From the human T2T-CHM13v2.0 reference genome, Homo sapiens, in the NCBI RefSeq assembly GCF_009914755.1, contig NC_060926.1: a stretch of DNA of 64,000 bases; one strand, written 5' to 3'. Positions 53,000 through 64,000 of this stretch are shown here, piece after piece. The notes beneath the pieces are model-generated. The model was not told the DNA's origin, ran no database searches, and saw nothing but the letters and a program-made list of their open reading frames with translations. The position numbers were made by a program, and so were the translations under genes. Positions within the stretch are counted from its first letter, which is position 1; each line of letters starts with the position of its first letter.

Positions 53000-55282
53000 T
53001 GTATTAGTCTGTTTTCACACTGCTGATAAAGACATACCTGAGACTGGGAAGAAAAAGAGGTTTAATTGGACTTACAGTTCCACATGGCTGAGGAGGCCTC
53101 AGAATCATGGTGGGTGCTGAAAGGCACTTCTTACTTAGCAGTGGCAAGAGAAAATGAGGAAGGTGCCAAAGCAGAAACCCCTAATAAAACCATCAGATCT
53201 CATGAGACTTATTCACTACCATTAGAACAGTATGGGGGAACCACCCCCATGATGCAAATTATGTCCCACCAGGTCTCTCCTAGAACATGTGGGAATTATG
53301 GGAGTACAATTCAAGATGAGATTTGGGTGGGGACACACAGCCAAACCATATCACTCTACCCCTGGCTCCTCCAAATCTCACGTCCTCACATTTCAAAACC
53401 AATCATGCCTTCTCAACAGTCCCCCAAAGTCTTAACTCATCTCAGCATTAATCCAAAAGTCCACAGTCCAAAGTCTCACCTGAGACAAGCAAAGTCCCTT
53501 CTGCCTATGAGCCTGTAAAATCAAAAGCAAGCTACTTCTTAGATACAGTGGGGGTACAGGTATTGGCTAAATACTGCTGTTCCAAATGGGAGAAATTCGT
53601 CAAAACAAAGTGGTTATTGGGCCCATGCCAGTCTGAATTCCAGTGAGGAAGTCAAATTTTAAAATGTCAAGATGATCTCCTTTGACTCCAAGTCTCACAT
53701 TCAGGTCATGCTGATATAAGAGGTGGGTTCCCATGGTCTTGGGCAGCTCAACCCCTGTGGCTTTGCAGGGTACAGCCTCCCTCCTGGCTGCTTTCACAGG
53801 CTAGCATTGAGTATCTATGGTTTTTCCAGGTGCACAGTGCAAGCTGTCAGTGGATCTACCATGCTGGGGTCTGGAGGACGGTGGCCCTCCTCTCACAACT
53901 CCACTAGGCAGTGCCCCCGTAGGGACTCTGCATGGGGGCTCAGACCCCACATTTCCCTTCTGCACTGCCCTAGCAGAGGTTTTCCATGGGCATCCCGCCC
54001 CTGCAGCAAACTTCTGCCTGGACATCCAGGTGTTTCTATACATCTTCTGAAATCTAGGCAGAGGTTCCCAAACTCCAATTCTTGATTACCCTTCACTCAC
54101 AGCTCAACACCACATGGAAACTGCCAAGGCTTGGAGCTTGCACCCTCTGCAAGCCATGGCCCAAGCTCTACGTTGGCCCCTTTCATCCGCAGCTGGAACA
54201 GCTGGGATGCAGGGCACCGAGTCCCTAGACTGCAAACAGCATGGGGACCCTGGCCCTGGTCCACGAAACCATTTTCTCCTAGGCCTCTGGGTCTGTGATG
54301 GGAGGGGCTGCCATGAAAACCTCTGACATGCCCTGGACATATTGTCCTCATTGTCTTGGGGATTAATTCCGCTCCTTGTTACTTATGCAAATCTCTGCAG
54401 CTGGCTTGACTCTCTCCCCAGAAAATGGATTTTTCTTCTCTATCACATTGTCATTTTTTGAACGTTTATGCTCTGCTTCCCTTATAAAACTGAATGTTTT
54501 TTAACAGCACCCAAGTCACCTCCTGAATGTTTCGCTGCTTAGAAATTTCTTGCTCCATATACTCTAAATCATCTCTCTCAAGTTCAAAGTTCCACACATC
54601 TCTAGGGCAGGGGCAAAGTGTCTTTGCTAAAACATAATAGCCTCTTTGCTAAAACATAACAAGAGTCACCTTTGTTCCAGTTCCCCACAAGTTCCTCATC
54701 TCCACCTGAGACCACCTCAGCCTGAACCTTATTGTCCATATCACTATCAGGCTTTTGGTCAAAGCCATTCAAGTCTCTGGGAAGTTCTAAATTTTCCCAC
54801 ATGTTCCTGTCTTCATCTTAGCCCTCCAAACTGTTCCAACCTCTGCCTGTTACCCAGTTCCAAAGTCGGTTCCACATTTTTGGTTACCTTGTCAGCAACG
54901 TCCCACTCTACTGATACCAATTTACTGTATCAGTCTGTTTTAAAGCTACTGATAAAGACATACTGGAGACTGGGAAGAAAAAGAGGTTTAATTGGACTTA
55001 CATAGTTCCACATGGCTGGGGAGGCCTCAGAATCATGGCAAGAGGAGAGGGGAACTTCTTACATAGTGGCAGCAAGAGAAAATGAGGAAGATGCAAAAGC
55101 GGAAACCCATAATGAGACCATCAGATATCAAGAGACTTATTCACTACCATTAGAATAGTATGGGGGAAACCATCCCCATGATGCAAATTATCTCCCACTT
55201 GGTCCCTCCCACAACATGTGGGAATTATGGAAGTACAATTCAAGATGAGATTTGGGTGGGGACACAGAGCCAAACCATATCA
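53000..55282 (-). mobile_element. Complete THE1A/B provirus: 3' LTR 53000-53353, internal 53354-54925, 5' LTR 54926-55282
   Basis: Two homologous LTRs tgtat...ccaaaccatatca; internal start taccaatttac next to the 5' LTR; TSD attta / attaa. Confidence 0.95.
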
Positions 55283-56239
55283 ATTAATAAGGATAAATTT
55301 TGCAAAAAAAAAAAAAAAAAAACAAAGTAGGTAAAGGGCATAGTGTTAGGGATGAGACTGGAATTTGGATAGGCCTCTCTTCTCTGATGTGTCTTTCTGT
55401 AAAGGTCTAAATGAAGGGAAGGGGCCTTGTCATTGGTTTTCTGGGAAAGAACATTTCAGGAAGAAAGATAGCAAGAGCAAGTCCTTATGTGGCTAGAGTA
55501 GAAGGAAATGAGATGAGTAGAAGGAGAAGAAGTCAGAGTGGTAACTCGGTGGGTGGTAGGCAGATTGGGCAGTGCTTTATTTCGTTGTTAGGGTCTTGTT
55601 GTTAGGGTTTTTAGGTCTTACTGTGAGAAGTGAGAAACCATTGGAGAGTTTTGAGCAGACAAGTGGCATAAAAAGGATTCTTCAGGTTTCTATATTGAAA
55701 ATAGATTATAGAAAGCAAAAGCATTAGAATGAAGACCAGTCTGGAAGCTACTTGTACAATTCAGATTTAATGCTTGGAATTTGGTCCACTAACATGATTT
55801 TGTGAAATATCCTATTGTGATGATCAAAAGACTCGATGGATTTGACATTTCACTGGTAAAAGAAGATAAGACATATGATTTTTACAGTTTATTTTATGAG
55901 AGCAAATTGTTTATTCATTAAATTCATTTATGTCATGCATCTATCCAAAAAAAAATTATGTGGTTGGGGATATGCTATTTCTCAAGGTTATGTGATAATA
56001 TCTTCCAGCATAGTCAGATATTTTATACGTATAATAACTCGGGCAAAATTCAAAAGCAAATAGTTTACCATGTTATGAAATAAAGCTTCTGTAAGAAAAT
56101 ATTCAAATTAAATGTCCAGTGGCAAATGGCACATACAATCCACTGGCATACATCTTTCTTAATATTTATAAAACTTGAAGAAGTGTTTGAATTATCTACT
56201 TAAAACAGGATTTTAGGGAATTCAATATTGTGTTTCATT

Positions 56240-56650
56240 CGTCAAATCATTGATTCAACAGCTGTTTATTGGGAGTCTCTGTGTGCAAAGCAGCATGCTA
56301 GGCTTTGGGGAAATAGCAGCAAATTAAAAAATTTCCTGCCCCCTATGTATTACATTCTATTGGCAGGGAGAGAGACAATAAATAAGTGCTATATAATTCC
56401 TTAGATGGTAGTAAGTACTATGAAGAAAAATAAAGCAGGGAAGGATGGCAGGGAGAGGGCAAATGTTGGGAAGATAAATTTTAAGGGGGTTATAAGCGAT
56501 GCCCACCCTCCAAGATAAGGTGAAGTTAGAGAAAATGTCTTCACTGAAGTCATGGGCAAGCCATGGGAATATCCTAGTAGCAGAGGCAGAGAATGTGCCT
56601 AGATGTTCTGAAGGAAGCATGCTTGGTGTGTTTGAGAAACACAGGAAGAT
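56240..56650 (-). mobile_element. L2 3' fragment
   Basis: attcaacagctgtttattgggagtctctgtgtgcaaagcagcatgctaggctttgggg; tactatgaagaaaaataaagcaggg. Confidence 0.75.
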
Positions 56651-56899
56651 GCTGGGTTGAGTTGTCTAGCACATTGTAATCAACTTTGAGATGAATAAAT
56701 AAATTTCCTGTCTTGAAATATCTTAGCACCTACGCTAAATTCCAAATATCTTACCAGCAACAGACAGGAAGGTCTTATGTGCTTTGGCCTCTCATACTTC
56801 AGAGACCTTTATTTTTAACCTTCCCCACTCTATGTCCCACCCCCACCTCCCTGCCACATTCACCCTTAGCTCCTTGAGCAAGTCATGTCCACCTCAGCA

Positions 56900-58870
56900 G
56901 CCTTTCTATGCACCAATAATGAACCAGCTGGAAAAGAAATCACGAAAGCAATCGCATATACAATAGAAACAAAATAATAAATAAATGGATAAGATACCTA
57001 AGAATAACCAATGAGGTAAAAAATTTTTACAATAGAAACCTCAAAACACTGATGAAAGAAATTGAACAGGACACAAAAAATGGAAAGACATCTCATGCTC
57101 ATGGATGGGAAGAATTAATATTGTTAAAATGGCCGTAATACCCAAAGTGACCTACAGATTTAATGCAGTCTCTATCAAAATACCAATTACATTATTCACA
57201 GAAATAGAAAAAATAATCCTAAAATTGCAGAGAACACAAAAGAGCCTAAATAGCCAAAATAATTCTGACCAAAAAGAACAAAGCTGAAGGCATCATACTA
57301 CCTGACTGCAAAATATACTACAAGGCTATAGTAACAATGACAGCTTGATATTGGTATAAAACCAGGCACATTAGAAAAATGAAACAGCTTAGAGAGCCTG
57401 GAAATTAATCCACATATTTACAGCCAACTGATTTTCAACAAAGGCACCCAGAACATACAATAGGGAAAGGGCATCCTCTTCAATAAATAGTGCTGGGCAA
57501 ATAATATCCATTTGTGAAGAATAAAACTAGACTTCTATCTCACCACATATAAAAATCAACTCAAAATGGATTAAAGGCTTAAATATAAGACTTAAATCTA
57601 TAAAACTACTAGAAGAAACATAAGAGAAATGCTTCAGGACATTATTCTAGACAAATTTTGTGGGTAAGACTTAAAAAGCGCAGATGACAATAACAAAAGT
57701 AGACAGATGGGTCTATATCAAACTAAAAAGCTTTGGCACAGCAAAGGAAACAATCAACAGAATGAAGAGATAACCTGTTGAATGGAAGAAAATATTTTCA
57801 AACTATTCATTCAACAATGGACTGATATCTGGAACATACAAGGGATTCAAAGGACTCAACAGCAAAAACAACGGCAATGACAAAACCTACAAGCAATCCC
57901 ATTAAAAAGTGGGCAAAGATATAAATAGACATATTTTAAAAGAAGATGTACAAATGGCCTGATAGCATATGAAAAGATTCTCAACATCACTAATCCTCAG
58001 GGAAATGCAAATCAAAACTACAAAGAGATATTGTCTCACCCTAGTTAGAATGGCTATTATCAAAGAGAACAAAATAAAAATGCTGGTGAGAATGCAGAGA
58101 AAAGGAAATTTATACACGATCAATGTGAATGTAAATTAGTACAGCCATTTTGGAAAACAGCGTGGAGGTTTCTCAAAAAAAAAAAAAAATCTAAAAATAG
58201 AACTGCCATATAACTCAGCAATCCCACTACTGGTTATTTATTCAAAGGAAGTAAAAGCAGTATATCAAAGTGATAACTGTACTCCTATGTTTAATGCATC
58301 ACTATTCACAATAAATCAACCTAAATGTCCATCAATAGATGAATGGATAAAGAAAATGTATATATACACAATGGAATACTATTCAGCCATAAAAAAGAAT
58401 GAAATCCTATTATTCACAGCAACATGTATGAGCCTGGAGGACGTTATGTAAAGTGAAATAAATAAGTCAGGCACAGAAAGACAAATGGTGCACATTCTCT
58501 CTCATGTGGGAGCTAAAAAAACGTTGAGCACATAGAAATAGGGAGCAGAATTATGGTTATTAGAGGCTGAGAAGGGGAGGGAGAGGATAGAAAGAAATGG
58601 TACAAATTACAGCTAGAAGAGGAATAAGTTCTTGTGCTCCATAGCACTGCAGAATGAATATAATTAACAATAATTTGCTGTAAGTTTCAAAAATCTAGAA
58701 GATAGGATTTTGAATATTCCCAACACAAAGAAATGATAAATGCTTGACGTGGTGAATATGCTAATTACCCTGATTTGCTCACTTACTGTATACTTATATA
58801 TTGCAGTATCACTCTGTAGCACATAAATATGTACAATTATTATGAATCAACTAAAGATAAAAGAGAAAAT
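56900..58870 (+). mobile_element. 5'-truncated L1MA1-3-like element
   Basis: ORF2 peptide [20 protein letters not shown]; L1MA 3' UTR cccaacacaaagaaatgataaatg. Confidence 0.9.
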
Positions 58871-59451
58871 AATTCAGTTGAAGATGAGTAAGCAACTGAC
58901 CCAGGTGACCATGGAGCTCTACACAATGCATCCATCCAAGAAGAGGTAATAGTTCTGGCACAAGGCATGGGAGACCTTAGTCTGGAGGTTCACTCTTTTT
59001 CTGTGCTGTTCTGCACATCATTCTCCTTTTGAACTCCACCTGCCCTGTTTGGGGCATTTAAAGGAGACATCTAGAGTCCCTCTGCAAGAAAACTCATTGC
59101 AAAGTTATTACAAATATTCTTAGAGCTTTCTTGGCCATCGTGCAAATATTTTTCAGGTTTGCGTGTTTCTCTATTTCTTTCTTGGGTTCAGTCTCCCTCT
59201 GTGATCTCACTGAACTTCTTTAAACTACTCAGGCAGTGGCTATTCTTTCCTTAACGCTGAAATCTACCTCTCTCATTCGACGAGAATTCATAATACCTAT
59301 ATATAGTGCTGTCCTCTCAGCTCCTTTTGTTTGTGATTCTTGGTTGATTCTAGATTGCTAAACAAAGGAAGAGTATAGTATTTTGGAGTGAAGGCAGGAA
59401 CACTTGGATATGGTCACTGATTACTTCAGGAAACCAACCAAGATCATTCTT

Positions 59452-60569
<1,118 letters not shown>

Positions 60570-61536
60570 TAAAGAAACTGGCATGAAAACAGGCCTTTTA
60601 TTTCAACTCATAAAGATTGGAGGGTTTTCACAAACTGTACATTAAAGGTATCTCAAATATGCCTTAATATTTTTATGTAATCTAAATTCTAAGTGTTTTT
60701 CTAATATAATAATTTTATGACTCAGTGAAACCAAAATCATATCTTTTACTTATACAAATACAATGCAAGAAGATATTTGAGCTTAATTTTATTAGATTTT
60801 GGTTGTATGTAATTCTGCTGCATGAAATTAATACATACATATTCTATGGTAACAGAACATTGTGACTAATAGCCTTTTTATGAATTCAAATAGTTCTATT
60901 GAATAGATAGACACAGGTCAATGAGACTACAATATAACGATAGTAATTTATTTTATTCCACTAGTTACGGAAATAGTGATAAACTATTCTACATAAGAAC
61001 TTATATTCTGACTTCTCTTCAGATCTTATAAATCTATTACTTTTTACTGAAGATTTTCTAGGAGAGGAACAACTCATTTCAGCAAACAAAACAAAACAAA
61101 AGTCTTAACTAGAGATAACAAGAGAATTTTTACAAAATAATCCCAAATTTGAAAGGTGGAAATAATTAAAAATTTGCTTTTGTAAGAATTCTTTTACTAG
61201 ATCTACAAAACAATCATTAAAAGTATATCAACCAGAATTTATTATCCATATTTCCAAATAAAGACAGTAAGTTTCAGAGATGGTAAATGTAAATATTAAA
61301 TAAACTGTCCAAGATCATGTGGGGACATTTATGCAGAGCCAGAATGAGAAGCCAACCAAGTCTTCTTGCTTCTACACTTTCCACTTCCTACTTAGTGATG
61401 TAAGAACTATTGAGTCCTCCTGTTCCACCCCCTCTCATAAAAACACTTCAGTACATTTCTTTAAAAAAAAAGTGATTACCATCAATCTGGCACCTGTAAT
61501 ATATTTGATTTTCAAAACTAAAGTCATTTTCAATAG

Positions 61537-61840
<304 letters not shown>

Positions 61841-62869
61841 AATAGTTACAAGCTCTTATGTTTCTATAGTTATGTAAAGTCTGAAAAATGCCAAGAATGC
61901 ACATGAAGAGCGTGTAATACGTGTAATGAAACCATTATAGGAAATACTATGTGTTGCTAAATATAATGCTTATTATTTGCAAATTATAATTTTGGTTGTC
62001 CCAAACTTGATGATTATTTGTATATTTTTCATAAACTGCAAAAAGAATTTTCAGAGGACTTAGTGACAAACAAAAGGTATGATATAAAGCACACAAAAAC
62101 ATATTCTCCATGGAAAGAAAAGTTGGAATTGAGAGGCCTAGGAGAGGCAGCCTCCATGTATTGATGAAATTACAGTTAAATTAGAAAGCAGAGAACAATT
62201 GAGTAGGTTTGAAAAATGAGAAACAGTTAGCAAAAAAAAAAAAAAAAATACACACACGCACACATATATGTATGATAAGAAGTTTTAAAAATGATTAAAA
62301 GAGGTATCCATGAAGAGATGAACACAATTTGAATATGCACTTAGCACATAAGGATGTACAATCAATATGCAACATAGTGTTTTGAATCCTAACTGATAAT
62401 AAAATAACTACAAAATCCTGCAAACTCATAATGTTTAGCTAGGTTATTCTGTAAACTGTATTTTACTGATAATTAAAAGTAATTTTAATGAGAATAATAG
62501 TGTGTATTTTATATTATCAATAATTTGTTTTCCTTGCTTATTTCTCTTTGCTGCAAAATGGGTTAGTAAAATACTTTGGGCGTCAGTTAATGTACACTTG
62601 AAAATGCTTTTAGTTTTATTCTGAAAAAGAAATGATATCAATATACATTTATAAATGTTATGAATAGTTATACACTTTCTGATTAAACAATAAAATCCAA
62701 CATCTTTAGCTTTCTAAATGGTGCTTTTTCTTGTACGTATCTATATTTAATTTTTGTAAGAAATATTTGCTATATAAGAGAGAAACTATGAGACATTTAT
62801 GTAATTTATAAATAATAAAAATTAAACAAATAGCTGAGAAACTCTGCCTATAATTAGATCAAAATTATT

Positions 62870-63320
62870 TTTGTAAATTATATGGCTCTTCAAAATATTT
62901 CTTCCTCGCTTCCTTACTTTCCTGGAAATAGTGTGCTTTCCCACCCCTAGAATTTCTGTTTGTGCATTTGACTTGTTTTGGCCAGTGGATATTAACCAAT
63001 ATCAAGCATTCCAAGGCTTGCTATGTGCATTCGGTGTAGAGCTTGCTGTCCTGTGTTTCCTCAATGTTAAAAATAGCCATTGAGTAGTTACTGTGCCTTC
63101 AGACTCAGCCCCAGAATGTACCTGTGTAGGACAGAGTTGCTCTAGCAGACCTGAATTGAGAAGCAATTCTACCCCGACTACCACAGCCTGAAGCTAAGTG
63201 GCCCAGCTGACCTACAAATCATAAACAATACCCCCAAAAAACAAATTATCATGTTAAATCACTGAAATTTGAAGTCGTTTGTTCACAATAGACTTCAAAT
63301 TTCAAATAGCTAATCAATAG
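62870..63320 (+). mobile_element. MLT1H/I/J-like LTR
   Basis: ttgacttgttttggccagtggatatt; cagccccagaatg; aatcactgaaatttgaagtcgtttgtt. Confidence 0.6.
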
Positions 63321-63329
63321 ATTTAATCA

Positions 63330-63860
63330 TTTATAGGATAGAAATCACCTACCTATTTGACCCATTCCCCTACTTAGCACCTAGAGACAATCAATCAACC
63401 TGAACATTTTGAATGGCACTATCTGTTTTTCTAAACATAATTTTATGTCACATACATGTATTCACATATATAATGATATATATAGTATATCTGAATATTT
63501 TATTTTTACTTCATTAAGATATGTCAGAATGTATATGGTCATCTGAGTCTTATTTTTTCCTCAATATAGTGTCTCTACATTTTATCCACATTGTTATGTG
63601 CAGCTGTAGTATATTCATTTTCACTGCTCTATAATATCCATTATGTGACTTTTCCCACATATTATTTATCCATGTTTGTTACTAACATGTTATTTCGATG
63701 ATTTTCATTGTTTGCTAATACAAACAATGCTCCAAGGAGCATTCTGCATATCTGGAGATTGTATATGTTGAAGCACATGTGTAAACGTTTCTCTAGGGCA
63801 TCAGTTCTCAAACTTTTGGCCTGAGGATCTGTATTTGTTAAGGTTTGCCAGAGAAATATA
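63330..63860 (-). mobile_element. L1ME 3' end fragment
   Basis: atttatccacattgttatgtgcagctgtagtatattcattttcactgctctataatatccatt; tttctctagggc. Confidence 0.7.
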
Positions 63861-63869
63861 ATAGAACGA

Positions 63870-64000
63870 ATATGTGTGTGTGTGTCTGTGTGTCTGTGTG
63901 TGTGTGTGTGTCTGTATGTTGATGTGTATATATACATATGTATTGTGTGTATCTCTCTGTGTGTGTATATATATGTACATGTACATATATGTATATGTAC
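63870..64000. repeat. (TG)n/(TA)n compound microsatellite
   Basis: Read directly. Confidence 0.95.

Noticed and set aside
53066-55005. Cluster of overlapping 65-150 aa ORFs (also 6162-7529)
   Set aside because: All lie within THE1 LTR or internal sequence, in several frames and both strands; typical of GC-richer MaLR DNA, with no coherent protein

Overview
AT-rich, CpG-poor primate (human-like) genomic DNA, roughly half of it interspersed repeats (Alu, L1, L2, MIR, CR1/L3, MaLR and ERV1 LTRs, Tigger, MER58, MER96, MADE1). The only supportable protein-coding sequence is one 144-nt internal exon on the + strand (13207-13350). It encodes a WD40 segment, VSMQPHKDILVSCGEDRLWKVLGLPKCNVLLTGFGHTDWLSDCCFHP, that I recognise as SPAG16. 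Everything else appears to be two very long introns of that gene. Nearly all other listed ORFs are repeat-derived or low-complexity noise. I found no convincing new gene system. The most unusual element is a ~70-bp insert at 40246-40316 that looks like an L1-mobilised, 5'-inverted retrocopy of the polyadenylated 3' end of a HERV-H (LTR7) RNA. Other clear structural events are a twin-primed L1PA with a 15-bp TSD, an L1 nested in an older L1 with a 12-bp TSD, a four-layer MIR>Tigger1>THE1/Alu nest with a later deletion, a complete THE1 provirus, and a templated insertion inside an L1MA. Repeat subfamily calls come from remembered consensus motifs; boundaries of old repeats are approximate.
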